A DNA stretch of 64,000 bases, taken from assembly GCF_006345805.1 (NCBI RefSeq), contig NC_042997.1, forward strand, positions 186,124,001-186,188,000, in the 5' to 3' direction. The DNA is from Octopus sinensis (taxonomy: Eukaryota). Shown piece after piece: positions 12,681 to 26,335 of this stretch (the stretch's first letter is position 1; each line of letters opens with the position of its first letter). A program made the position numbers and the translations under genes. The notes beneath the pieces are model-generated. The model made no database searches. It saw only the letters and a program-made list of their open reading frames with translations, and was not told the origin of the DNA.

Positions 12681-12885
12681 TACAATCGAGAGACGACTAC
12701 CTTAACCACTAAGCCACGCGCCTCCACACGAACTAAACAAATATAACATAAATTAATCTGCAAAGAAAGGAGCTAAAAGAGAATGTAAAAATTCATTATC
12801 CTTTTACCGCAAGTATTGAAAAAGTACCCTCAAAGTGATAATGTCAAAAATGCGACAAGATGTTCTTTCCAACCTTATAACCAAA

Positions 12886-12910
12886 ATGTGTGTGTTTATG
12901 TTTGTGTGTT

Positions 12911-12975
<65 letters not shown>

Positions 12976-12976
12976 C

Positions 12977-13004
<28 letters not shown>
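12886..13004. repeat. (GT)n microsatellite
   Basis: Visible dinucleotide run. Confidence 0.95.
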
Positions 13005-13007
<3 letters not shown>

Positions 13008-13125
13008 GCAAATAGAAAATAAAGATAAAAACATAGCAACAAAAGACAATAGAACGTACACTATGAATGTATCAGGTCAACCCATAAGTTCTGTCCGATT
13101 TTACCTTTTTTTAAAATTGAACTAA

Positions 13126-13604
13126 TATGGTTTGCAAAATTCAGAAGTAGAGATTTCAGCCTTGAAGAGAAAGATCGAACAGTATGTCCAGTTGAGTTTG
13201 ATGATAAGCTCATTGAGGAATTACTTGAAGAAAATCCTGCATTATCAGTTGAAGAATTGGCAATAAAGCTTAGTTCAAACCATACATCTGTTCATCGTTA
13301 TCTTCAACAACTTGGAAAGGTACCTGAACTTGGAAAATGGGTGCCTCATGAATTGTCCGAAAGCAACCGCAAATCCTGAGTTAACATCTACTTTTCTCTC
13401 CATTCTCGCGAACTCATTTCACCCTTTTTGGATAGACTTGTGACTGGTGATGGAAAATGGATCTTCTATCAAAATGTTAAACATCATAAACAGTGGCTTG
13501 GTAAAAGGGAAAAAAGCTCAACCACAACCGAGATGGGAACTTCATGAAAAGAAGGTTCTTCTCTCTATCTGGTGGGATTGTAAAGGAGTAATTCACTTTG
13601 AATC
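13126..13604 (+). pseudogene. Mariner transposase fragment
   Basis: Translates WFAKFRS...LGKWVPHELS...DRLVTGDGKWIFY...KVLLSIWWDCKG (WVPHEL, TGDEKW-like and WWD motifs), with a stop and a frameshift. Confidence 0.9.
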
Positions 13605-14115
13605 ACACACACACATACATATACACACACTCACATACACACACACACATATGGATATACAAATGTTGGTATTTTATGTTTATTGGTCTATATATATACA
13701 CCTAGGCGTAGGAATGTAAATCTAGGAATATATATGTATTTATACATGTTTCGTGTATTTGCGCATGCTTAATTTTGCGTGTATATTCGTATGTTTACAA
13801 ACAAAATGATAGAAATACGAATACGTGTTCATATGTTTCTGGGATTATCTGCGTATTTGTTTCTGCGTATGCGAATATATTTTTTATTTACGAATATGTT
13901 AGCTTGGGTGAGTGTATATATTTCCTATCCCGTTACTGGGCTTGCCTCTAAAGCCTAGTGACTTAGAATTTGACACCCTCTTTCAAAAAAACAGAAAAAA
14001 AGAGAGACAGAGAGAGAATAGAGAGTCGATGTATTTACATCCCGTCTGTGAGTAGCTATACATATGAAAATTAACTTAGCCATTCTCCAAGCACATAATC
14101 TCAAGGAAGCACACG

Positions 14116-14155
<40 letters not shown>

Positions 14156-14239
14156 TATCCCAAAACATAGTGGGGCATATAGACGCACATAGACAAACAT
14201 AAAACACGTACATTCGAATATACATATATATATGTATGT

Positions 14240-14750
<511 letters not shown>

Positions 14751-15079
14751 TGTATTTATGGTCTGTTCATTTTTTTATTTTTTATTCATTGTAATATGCT
14801 TATCAGAAGGAGTAGGTTTCTAACTAAGAAACCAGCCCATGTCTTGTCGTCTGGAATTAAGATAACAATAGCAGTTATATATATTGAACGATAGACAAGT
14901 CTTGTTTTTGCTTTTACAGATTGAATTTACAGAACACATGAAGATGGTATTATATTTTGCATGACTATTCCAGCTTTACGTTATTATTACTCAGATGCTG
15001 ACTATCACACACAAATACAACGATTTCCGGTACAAATGTAAATGTATAATACGGTTTTCGAAAAGCAGTTATTCTTTCA

Positions 15080-15487
15080 CTCTTTTACTTGTTTCAGTCA
15101 TTTGACTGCAGCCATGCTGGAGCACCGCCTTTTAGTCGAGCAAATCGACTCCAGGACTTATTCTTTGGAATCCTAGTACTTATTCTATCGGTCTCTTTTG
15201 CCGAACCGCTACTTTACGGGAACGTAAACATACCAACATCGGTTGTCAAGCGATGTTGGTGGGACAAACACAGACACACAAACGTATACACACACACATA
15301 CATATATATATATACATATACATATATACGACGTGCTTCTTTCAGTTTCCGTCTACCAAATCCACTCACAAGGCTTTGGTCGGTCCGAGGCTATAGTAGA
15401 AGACTCTTGCCCAAGGTGCCACACAGTGGGGCTGAACCCAGAACCATCTGGTCCGTAAGCAAGCTACTTACCACACAGCCACTCCTA
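15080..15487 (-). mobile_element. SINE family A
   Basis: Reverse complement of the family A head and body. Confidence 0.85.
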
Positions 15488-16259
15488 GGCCTTGTCCATA
15501 TATGTTTTGTTGTTTTGTTCTCTTGGACTAACTGTGAATGAAAGTTTCACATTTGTTTGGCAGCTAACCTTTAAAAAATCATGCATAACATTTTACTTTC
15601 TTTTACTTCTGTACCGAAGCAGAACCCTTGATTAATGTATTCGAACAATATCGTTTTTATCGGTAGGTATATAACTTTAGAAGCATTACTTTGGTCCTTT
15701 CTACGGATGACAATAAATACTGGGATATGAGATATGTGATGAAGGGGGTTTTGGCATAGATTAATCAAAATAACACTTTGAGTGTTGATGACTTCAGTTG
15801 CTGTAAGCAATGAAACGTATAACGCTACGTAGAAAGTCGAGAGAAATTTCTTAAGCTGTCTGTTTCTTGGTGTACATTGACTTAAGAAGAAACATGCTGG
15901 CTCACAGGCTAACACCTCTTTCATCTATAACCATTCTCTGTTAAAAAGCGAGAACTAGAAATATTTTTTTCCGTTTCCACAGTAATTAATTGAAACGATA
16001 TTCAACCAATTCAATCATTTAGTACTATATTACGGAGAGTATTATATAAATACCTCGATGAGATTTGGGGGTAGCCATTGATTTTACATTTAATGGCTTC
16101 TGCACATTTGTGATATTATCCATATATCCAAATCATGCTTGCTGAACCACTTCACAGTTTCATTTGTTCAAATGTTTGCGTGCATCAGTATTCTTTTAGA
16201 TTCCAAATGCATTCATTTAAAACTGTAGCGTTTAATTCTTCCTCGTGTTTGTGAAATCT

Positions 16260-16643
16260 TGTATCTCTGCCGCAAGGCTTCATTTCCACACACGCCAGCT
16301 TAATTCAATTCGACCTTAGTTGAAAGACCCCTCTTTTAATGTCCTGTTATTATTTTTATTGTATTTGTATTTGCGTAACATTGTCCGTTTTCTCCGTCCT
16401 TGTTTCTGTATACATTCGGTGCTTTCTTCCAAGGACTCTAATGCTCTTTGCTTAGCTTTTCCTTGGGGCTGGCCAGTTTGGAGCAATCTCAAGTAAAATC
16501 AGCCGAAATTGCGAGGATAATCTGGTGCTTGACTGAGGAAAGAAAACTTCGAATGACCCATCCATGTTGTCTTTGTATCGTTTTATTGTCCCATTTTTGT
16601 ATCACCTAGCTGTCCGGACGTTTTGCGTTCTTGTCCCATTTTG

Positions 16644-16703
<60 letters not shown>

Positions 16704-16880
16704 CACCTTCGAAACGTAGAGTAGATGAAACCATGGCGACTGAAGAAGGGGTTTTTTCCTTGTGTTATTTGTCCTGTACTCTATTTTTTTGTTGTTTAAG
16801 AAAAATGTCCAGTTCCTTGGGTTTGTGTCTATGTTTTCGTTTCTCATTGTGTTCGATGTTTTTTTGGTGTTCTGTACTCA
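16260..16880 (+). repeat. Possible Penelope-like terminal-repeat remnants around a TA array
   Basis: Scattered hammerhead-like half motifs (CTGAGGA-AAG..CTT-CGAA; CCTTC-GAAACGTA; CTGAAGA-AGGG); no complete fold found. Confidence 0.3.
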
Positions 16881-16961
16881 TATATGCGTGTATATATACA
16901 TGTAGAGGTAGATACGTACATATATGTATATATATATATATATATGCATATGTTTTATTTA

Positions 16962-17001
<40 letters not shown>

Positions 17002-17849
17002 ATTTGTTGTAAGCAGAATGTTTTTCCTCGATTTAAGGAGGGTTCGTCCAACAGATCATATGAAAGTTGGAGACTTCACTCTCAGTATCTTGAGAAACTT
17101 CAGGTGTTCATTATTAATTGATAATAAATTCAAATGCAAACATACTCACATAGGTACATATAGATATATAGATATATTGATGCATACATATAAATACGCA
17201 CATACATACATTTGATATACATATGCCCACACTCATGAATATACGTGTATGCATGCATATATATGTATTTGTTCATCTAAACATTTTTCATGTACATGAT
17301 GTATATTTTTATATACACCTTCTTACGTCGACATTTGGTCTAAATATGTACACATTAGACACTTTAACCATATGAATGCCTTTTTATGTCAGTACCATAA
17401 AAAGACACCCACATATTCATATACAAGCACATACTTGAATATACAGTAAAATAGTTATGCACACACCTACCCTCGGTCTCACGGACACACACCCACACAT
17501 TCACTGATGCAAAAACATACACACATTCAAAGTAAGAAACGTTAAAATATTGTTATAATAATCACCAGAAAGCTCTATCTTGTCGTCCCTGAAGCAGTAA
17601 TGAAAGACGCAATACTCGATGAAAAGCTTAGACAGTTTTTTTTTTATATTATTAATAGCTGCTGCATTTAAATACCTATGTTTTTGTAGTTTCCTTTTAA
17701 ATTTCAGATGAGCAATACCGATCAATTAAATAAACGAATTTTCTAAATTTTTATGAGAGAATGAAAGCTGGGTGAAATAAAAAAAAAATGGAAATTTAAT
17801 AATTCCCCGCTGATTTATATAACACTTTAACGCGAAGCTTAAAATATAT

Positions 17850-17895
17850 TATGTGTATATGTATATATATATATATATTATATATATATATATAG

Positions 17896-17955
<60 letters not shown>

Positions 17956-17962
17956 TAGATAT

Positions 17963-17993
<31 letters not shown>

Positions 17994-18002
17994 TATATAT
18001 AG

Positions 18003-18035
<33 letters not shown>

Positions 18036-18155
18036 CATATATACATGTATGTATGTAAATATATTATATATGTATATATATATATATATATATACATATA
18101 TACATGTATGTATGTAAATATATTTATATATGTATATATATATATATATTATATA

Positions 18156-18198
<43 letters not shown>

Positions 18199-18240
18199 AT
18201 ATATATTATATATATATATATATATATTGCAGTATATATA
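17850..18240. repeat. (TA)n/(GATA)n microsatellite block
   Basis: Visible runs. Confidence 0.95.
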
Positions 18241-18516
18241 TAGTTTATTGCAAATTTTAATAGAGTTTCTGTCAAGAAAAAAATAAAAATTTGAAATAGA
18301 TTCCTTATCGTTTTACCTCAAAGATGTTCGTGATTATCTTTCCTTCTTTTTTCCCTTTATTTATTTATTTTATTTATTCACTTATTTATTTTTTTTTATC
18401 ATAAACAAAAATTTGAGAAAGAAAAAGATAATGCAGCAGTGGATAGTATAAATTCTATAGAAACTAATAGTTTTGTATTGGCACTTCAGTCTTTTAAAAT
18501 TTCCCTGAAACAGAAG

Positions 18517-18549
<33 letters not shown>

Positions 18550-19329
18550 TTTTAATGCTTCCAGCATAATGCTGTGATCCGACAACAACAAAAGATTTGA
18601 AGATTTTCACGAAAATAAATCTTTTATGAAACCACAACTTAGAAGGATTCTTATCATAATTATGCATAACTGAATTGTTCTTTTCATTTATTTGACTTCT
18701 TCAAATAAATGCAGAAGAGCTCATAAGAGGAGATAAATGAAAAAGAGTTGATACACAATGAAAGAATTATTAATAGTGAAATATGGCTTTTTTTTTCTCT
18801 TTGTCTAACATAAAATCATAAAAGAAAGGAAATTTCAATGATATCAAAGTTAATCAAGTGATTAAGTTTTTATTTATTTATATTGCTAATATTTCTTGTC
18901 TGAAAATTTAACCTGAGGTTGAATGTAGATCGGAAATTATTTATAGGCATTTTAGTAACCTAATATCGATTTCTGTCTGTTGATTAAACACAAGTTTGGT
19001 TTTTGAAGAGATGGAATATAGTTGATTAAATTGAACCAATAACTTATTTTAATGATTTAGAGCGGTTGTTGTTTAACCCCAGGTCATCTCCGCTAGAGCA
19101 GACATAGGCAAAAGCTCTCTACTCGTGACCATTCCCTCTTTTACTCAGTATTAGTGTATCTAGGATTACATTATCGTATGCAATCTCGTATTCAAGACTG
19201 TTGAATATAACTTGAGTAAGATTTGGTTTCTGTTTCTCGTTAACCGAGCGACCCTGTAGTAGTCCTCTTCAATGAATGGCACATCTTTGTTATAGATTAA
19301 ATATTCTTTCTACTGCAATGTGTTTGTTG

Positions 19330-19630
19330 TTTGTTCTTTCTCGAGCCATGCCTGGCTCATAAGGGCCGATTTCCTGGTTTCTTGGCGTATAGGTTCCCCA
19401 CCTGGACGGGACGCCGGTCCGTCACAGGTGAGCTGCAAGATGCAGGAGGAAAGAGTGAGAGAAAGTTGTGGCGAAAGGATCAGCAGAAGCTTCGCCATTA
19501 CCTTCTGTCGGAGCTGCGTGAAGCTTAGCTGTTTCGCTCATAAACACACACATCGTCCGGTCTGAGATTCGAACCCGCGATCCCTCAACCGCGAGTCCGT
19601 TGCTCTAACCACTAGGCCATGTGCCTCCAC
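19330..19630 (-). mobile_element. SINE family C
   Basis: Matches 4155-4447 and 53745-54022. Confidence 0.85.
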
Positions 19631-19639
19631 TACTGCAAT

Positions 19640-19724
19640 GTACGAGGCCTGAAATTTCAGGGGAGGGAGCTAGTCGATTATATCGACTCCAGTGCTGAAC
19701 TAGTATTTATTTGATTGACCTCGA

Positions 19725-19756
<32 letters not shown>

Positions 19757-19830
19757 AATGCAGGGTTGAACTCAGAACGTAAAACCTGAAGAAATACCGG
19801 TAAGTATTTTGTGCAACGTGCTAACGATTT
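19640..19830 (-). mobile_element. SINE family B, degraded, (GAAA)n expansion inside
   Basis: GTCGATTATATCGACTCCAGT and GAACTCAGAACGTAA blocks. Confidence 0.6.
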
Positions 19831-19864
19831 GTTAATGATTTGATATTAGAATAGTTAAAATTTA

Positions 19865-20260
19865 TATTAGGCTGTTCGAAAAATAATGGCCGATTTAAAA
19901 AAAATAAACCTGTATTCTTGAAACACTGAATTTATACAATGGTTTGATTATTCAAAAGTTGATCCCTGAAAAGCTGTACATTTCTCCCATCGATAAAATT
20001 CAAAGGTTTTGATGCCAAAAAATCCTTCAATCCAGTTTCAAACTTGGTTTTGGAACAGAAGGTGTTTTTTGCCTTTTAAACGTGTTTAGATGCTTGAAAA
20101 AGTGGTAGTCGGTGGGTGAAATATAAGGAAAATATGGAGGCAGTGATAAAGTCTCGTATTCTAAGTCTGTGAGCTTCTGCAGTGTCATCCTGGAACCTGC
20201 GATCGAGCGTTGTCGTGGAGCAGAATTGGAGCCCGTCGATTAATAAGTGCAGGTCTTATT
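19865..20260 (-). mobile_element. Mariner 3' fragment with terminal inverted repeat
   Basis: Minus strand encodes PPYFPYISPTDYHFFKHL (cf. mariner PPYSPDLAPSDYHLF); TIR-like TATTAGGCTGTTCGAAAAATAAT at 19865. Confidence 0.75.
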
Positions 20261-21731
20261 TCTATAGGGAATTGATAATCTTAAGCTTCTGATTTCTTTA
20301 CGATTACCAAAGAAACATCAGCTGCTCAGGGTCCATTTATGACTTCTTTAATGGAGATACCCCAGCATGACCATAACTCACAAGATGAAACTAGCAGAAG
20401 GAAATAATAGTCCTTTGTATAGATATGGCTCTTCAGAATTCGCTAACTCTGTTCCATTCATAGAACGCCAATCAGTACACCTGCATTTTGATCTTCTTTT
20501 ATCTCTTATATATATCACTGTTCGCAAACACTGTACCACTGTTCACACTTACTTTTTCCATTCATGTTTCCTCAGAACTGCACTCTTAGGAAATTAACTA
20601 AAGGTCCTCATTATCTTTCCGCTCCCTAGCCTGTTATTGCTGAAACCAAAAATTCAAAACGCTAACTACACAATTATTTTTCTCTCTAATATAGGTAAGG
20701 CCTTCAAAACTGTAGAATATATTGCTTCTCATTGTTCTAATGAACGAAAATCAAATCTACTGGAATGGAAGAATTTTATAAATCTTTTCCAATGTGAAAA
20801 TGTGTCCTGGAACTATAGTTAGCTTCTACTAAAGTTAAGATAATAGAAGATATGTTTCTCCTAGTTAAAACTATAAGCTATTACAGTTTAAATTGACAGA
20901 TGGGCAAGTAGTTAGTTATTTTAAAATATTGTGGACAGCAGAAAGAAGTGCGAAAAACAAGCAAATAACACAATACAGCGGGCAGGTTTTGAGATATATC
21001 TCATTAGTCAAGATGTATGAAATTGGGGTTATTTACGAGAATAGGCCATGATGAGAAGAAAACTCTAATAGTTCGTGCCGGACACTGCATTAGTGAACAG
21101 ATAAGTGATTTTTATGCAACGTAAAACCGCAGAATGTCACGTAATTCTTTTCTCTCATTAAGAACGCTGCTCAAAATAATAGATTTTCCTTTCCTCTCAT
21201 GATTCGACTACACACCAACAGATATATATCCCATACGTATTTATTTCTCAACTAAGTCCTACCACCACAAGCAATCGCTAATAAACTATTGATCACCCAC
21301 AATTTGTGAAAAATCTGTTTATGTATCTAACCAGATAGGTCTGACCTATAATCTAAACCTCTAATATCCATTCAGAAAGTGCCACTGTCACATGAAATTG
21401 CCTTTATATACAAAGAAACGTGAAAGAAACTAAAAATAACTGATACAACCAACATAACTAAGTACTAAAAACTTGATCACTAATGATTAGTACATCTCCA
21501 GCGCTGTAAGGCAGTTCTTATTGGAATATTTCTGGATGTTAAGTATAAGGCAACATTCTTAGTGTAGCGATACAAAACGGATGTTGAATCAATTGAATTT
21601 GAACTTGTTATAAGAGGGAAAAATCTTTAACGCTGATGTCCGTGACAGAGATGCCAGTGACGGGAATCTTATCTTCTCAAAATCGCTCTAAGATCTATTT
21701 GATAGGCGCTAGACTATATTTCACTGAAGAT

Positions 21732-21957
21732 ATCTAATATGACCTATTTCTTTACTACCCACAAAAAGGACAAACAAGGGCAGAAAAACGGATTAAGTCG
21801 ATTATATCGACCCCAGTGCGTGACTGGTACTTATTTAATCGACCCTCGAAAGGACGAAAGGCAAAGTCGACCTCGGCGGAATTTGAACTCAGAACGTAAA
21901 AACAGACGAAATACCACAAAGCATTTTGCCCGACGTGCTAACATTTCTGCCAGCAAG
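21732..21957 (-). mobile_element. SINE family B
   Basis: Full body; tail ends GGGTAGTAAAGAAATA. Confidence 0.85.
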
Positions 21958-22707
21958 ACTAAAGCTACCCGGAGCTGCCAGCGCACCTACCAAAAATCAA
22001 ACTCGTTATTTAATTTTTAATGGAATTTAATTTTGAAGTTGTTTCCCATTTCTTGATAAGAATTGTCATTAACACTAATTATTTTCTTCTCATCATAAGA
22101 GTACGTTGGATTGATTAAACATATTTATTTTGTGGTGGGGAGGGTGAAATCACTGAAGTATGTTAACCCGCACTTCACTTAATGCAGAAGGCAACCATGG
22201 CGAATTTTGCAATCTGAACACCAATAACATGGATACAAGAGAGCTGCCGGTGTCTAAATTGATAAAGAAACAAACCACTACAGTAGTGCAGACAATTCAT
22301 ATTTTATCAAAGCGCTACTCTGCATTCTCTGCCAACACACTTGACTTTCAGTCCTTCAGTTTACTCGATACATATAAGTACAACGGATAGCTATAGTTCT
22401 CTGATGAAATCAATAACAGCCTTTGATATTTTGAACCAACAAACTCCAATCATGTCCAAGAGATACATTCGTCTCCTCTCACGCCTCTCGCTTGAAGATT
22501 CTTGTCAACCAGATTCTGCATTTATAACTTTTCCTATCATTCTATACTTAGGAGTTATTTCGATTCTCGCGCATTTCTGTGTATTTTGACCAATAAATTT
22601 TTGAATTGAACATAGACATGATCGATATATAACCTGGATTCTTCCTAACACGTTTTTTATTGAATAATCAAAAAACAAACAATTTGGTGTAACTATTGGG
22701 TAAAAAT

Positions 22708-23085
22708 CTTGCTTCCCAACCACATGGTTCCGGGTTCAGTTCCACTGCGTGGCACCTTTCGCAAGTGTATTCTACTATAGCCTCAGGCCGACCAAAGCCT
22801 TGTGAGTGAATTTGGTGGACGGGAACTGAAAGAACACCGTTGTATATATGTATATATTTATATGTGTGTCTTTGTATATGTGTTTGTCCATCCCACCATC
22901 GCTTGACAACCGATGTTGGTGTGTTTTCGTCCCCTTAACTTAGCGGTTCGGCAAAAGAAACTGATAGAATAAATACTAGGCTTGTAAAGAATAAGTCCTG
23001 GAGTAGATTTCTTCGACTCAATAAACACCCCTTAAGGTGGTGCTCCAGCATGGCCGCAGTCGAATGACTAAAACAAGTAACGGAA
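22708..23085 (+). mobile_element. SINE family A
   Basis: Family A body from CTTGCTTCCCAACCACATGG onward. Confidence 0.85.
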
Positions 23086-23739
23086 TAAACGTTCCACCGG
23101 CTGGAATTCATGAGATCAAATCATATGAATTCTCAGGATAAATTAGAGAATTTCTCTTGTTGGTAGGGGAATGAAGACTGTCCATTGGTCCAACTCCACA
23201 GACACTAGAGAAACGTATATTAAATGAAGATAATTTGCCTAAAATATTTGATGAGTTAACGATAACCAAACATGAGAAAAAGGTGTTTTACAACAGATGT
23301 TTGTGAGTTCGACACTAATCTTGTAAAATAAGATTATATAAAAGTATGACACGCAATGATCGCGCCATCCTTTTCTCCGCCCATTATTAGTTGGGGATTC
23401 ATGGAGGTAGAGTCTTCAGCACTTCTATTGGTTTCTTTCAGAAACAGCTGTCATTATAATTTTCCGGGTGGATTTTCAAGCGTGTTTCAATGAGACATTA
23501 GATATCATTCAAACATCTCGTTCTTGGTTTAATCTTTAGTCTACTGCCGTTAGCCAGGCTCGAAAGATCCGTCTTTTCCGACTTACATATTAACCGTCTT
23601 TTCCGACGACATATTAATCCCATGTTCGCAGTACTGGAGCTGTGAGTCTTGATACAGAGACTTCCTAATCACCAAGCTAGGCATTCTGACGAGATCCTTC
23701 GGAGGTACCCCAATTTGGCTGCTTGTATATCTCTTTTCT

Positions 23740-24140
23740 CTTTCTTTTACTTGTTTCAGTCATTTGACTGCGGCCACGCTGGAGCACCGCCTTTAGTCGA
23801 GCAAATCGACCCCGGGACTTATTCTTTGTAAGCCCAGTACTTATTCTATCAGTCTCTTTTGCCGAATCGCTAAGTGACGGGGACGTAAACACACCAGCAT
23901 CGGTTGTCAAGCAATGCTAGGGGGACAAACACAGACACACAAACACACACACATACATATATATATATACATATATACGACAGGCTTCTTTCAGTTTCCG
24001 TCTACCAAATCTACTCACAAGGCATTGGTCGGCCCGGGGCTATAGCAGAAGACACTTGCCCAAGATGCCACGCAGTGGGACTGAACCCGGAACCATGTGG
24101 TTGTTTAGCAAGCTACTTACCACACAGCCACTCCTGCGCC
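23740..24140 (-). mobile_element. SINE family A, full length
   Basis: Minus strand starts GGCGCAGGAGTGGCTGTGTGGTAAG. Confidence 0.88.
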
Positions 24141-24326
24141 TATGTGATCCTACTCTTATAGTTATTATCCAACTTTCATGACCGAAGCAGATAAGTACAA
24201 GCAACGGCGAAGGAGAATGAGGAGGAGGGGGAGGAGGAGACGGAGAAGCACATTGTAAATGACATGCAGTGTGATGATGATGGTGGTGGTGGGGATAAGG
24301 ATGATGATGATGATGATGATAACAAT

Positions 24327-24487
24327 TTTACATTATTTACATTATTTGCATTTGACGGATATTTGTCCTCATCTTGTTTGTTGTTAACACAACGTTCCGG
24401 CTGATATACCCTCCAGCCTTCATCAGTTGTATTGGGGGAAATTTTGAACCTAGGTTCTCATTCCTAAGGTATTTTCGATGTTGTTAC

Positions 24488-24535
<48 letters not shown>

Positions 24536-24721
24536 CATTATTATTATTATTATTATTAATATTATTATTATTATTATTATTCAGGTCACTGCCTGGAATC
24601 GAACTCGGAATGTTGGGCTTAGTAACCCACGCTCTTAATCACTATGCCATATGCATATGCTGTAGTGGTTAAGAGCGCGGGCTACTAACCCCAAGATTCC
24701 AAGTTCGATTCCAGGCAGTGA

Positions 24722-24784
<63 letters not shown>

Positions 24785-24844
24785 CATCGAAAATACCTTA
24801 GGAATGAGAACCTAGGTTCAAAATTTCCCCAATACACCTGATGG
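24327..24844. mobile_element. Head-to-head pair of a tRNA-head/(AAT)n/hammerhead-tail element (~500-bp imperfect palindrome)
   Basis: Centre CATATGCATATG near 24648-24659. Each arm has A box TGG/CNNTAGTG, B box GTTCGATTCC, an AAT run and the same tail. Left arm includes CTGATGA-A-GGCTG..CAGCC-GGAA-CGTT at 24387-24430; right arm stops at CACCTGATG. Confidence 0.75.
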
Positions 24845-24885
<41 letters not shown>

Positions 24886-24886
<1 letters not shown>

Positions 24887-25439
24887 CCCTGATGCAGTAC
24901 CAGGCAATGGCTCTCATGGCTTCTGATCTTAACTGATTGGAAGTGTTATCATGTACATTGTTTTGTGTTGGTATAAAAGATGGGCTACAGCAAATATTCT
25001 GCTCAATACCACAGATTTGCTTGTCAGTTGTTTGACCTTAACCAGTTGAGCATGTCCCTTAGTGGCTGATGATATGTGCATCTCTGATCATGAGCAGAAG
25101 TAGTGGGGGAGCATCATAGCCATGTGTTGAGAGGGATTCTTTGGGGTTTGAATAATTCACCTCTGGAAACATGGGTGGTTCTTTCAACATCCTTAAACAA
25201 CCCTTATTCAGGGACCGTTTGAGCGGGATGGGCTACTCAACCTGAAGAAAATTCTAACTGGGCCCCACCTGCAAGGTCATGTGCTGCTTATCTTGATATG
25301 AGATCACCATGTCGCGCACATATGGTTGTGATGCATGTGCCTGGTGTGTCCTTATCAGACGGGTAGTCATGATGGGTATATTGGGCTTCGTATATTTTAC
25401 CCCAGTGTCACTTTGATGGCATGAACTGCTCTCTCACTC
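24886..25439 (+). mobile_element. (AAT)n-flanked non-coding element (family F), full copy
   Basis: 554 bp from GCCCTGATGCAGTACC to CTCTCTCACTC with AAT arrays on both sides; five further copies in the window. Confidence 0.8.
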
Positions 25440-25449
25440 AATAATAATG

Positions 25450-25509
<60 letters not shown>

Positions 25510-25522
25510 TAACATAATATAA

Positions 25523-25688
25523 CATATAACACAGAAAATTGCACTACTAGGCACTGCACACATCCTACGCAGAACACTTTCCATACAATAACCATCAGAG
25601 CATCACAACAAATCACAGCACATACCCAAGGCACACAGAGCTGCGCTCGGTAGTGAAGTGAAAGCACGCTATAAAAATAAAACTACTG
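25523..25688 (+). mobile_element. R4/Dong-like RLE LINE, short 3' fragment
   Basis: Encodes QKIALLGTAHILRRTLSIQ-stop plus 3' UTR, apparently identical to 26017-26173; followed by AAT. Confidence 0.8.
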
Positions 25689-25705
25689 AATAATAATAAT
25701 AATAA

Positions 25706-26173
25706 GCAACCATAATCTGGGATATGCCGATACACACAGATAGAGAAATTAAGGCCAACAGACCAGATATAGTTGTCAGAGATCATGAAGAAAAAAATGC
25801 TTTCTAATTGATGTATCAATACCGGCTGATAACAACGTGTCTCTAAAAGAAATGGAGAAACTCTCAAAATACAAAGACCTGGAAATAGAGGTAACTAGAA
25901 TGTGGAATCTGAAAACAGAAACAATTCCTATCATAGTAGATGCATTAGGCACGATAAAAAAATATTCAGACAAATACATAACAAAAACACCAGGACTTAC
26001 AAACACATATAACATACAGAAAATTGCACTACTAGGCACTGCACACATCCTACGCAGAACACTTTCCATACAATAACCATCAGAGCATCACAACAAATCA
26101 CAGCACATACCCAAGGCACACAGAGCTGCGCTCGGTAGTGAAGTGAAAGCACGCTATAAAAATAAAACTACTG
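25706..26173 (+). pseudogene. R4/Dong-like LINE restriction-like endonuclease domain plus 3' UTR
   Basis: NRPDIVV...LIDVSIP...KLSKYKDL (PD..D..K RLE signature); one frameshift in an A run near 25795; ends in AAT. Confidence 0.85.
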
Positions 26174-26189
26174 AATAATAATAAGAAGA

Positions 26190-26250
26190 AGAACATCGAA
26201 AATACCTTAGGAATGAGAACCTAGGTTCAAAATTTCCCCAATACACCTGA

Positions 26251-26335
<85 letters not shown>

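Noticed and set aside
21625-21685. DVRDRDASDGN resembling a cadherin calcium-binding motif
   Set aside because: Frame is closed by stops within about 30 codons and other cadherin motifs are absent
22225-22270. Minus-strand FINLDTGSS resembling a retropepsin active site
   Set aside because: Isolated short motif in a frame bounded by stops, with no other Gypsy domains nearby
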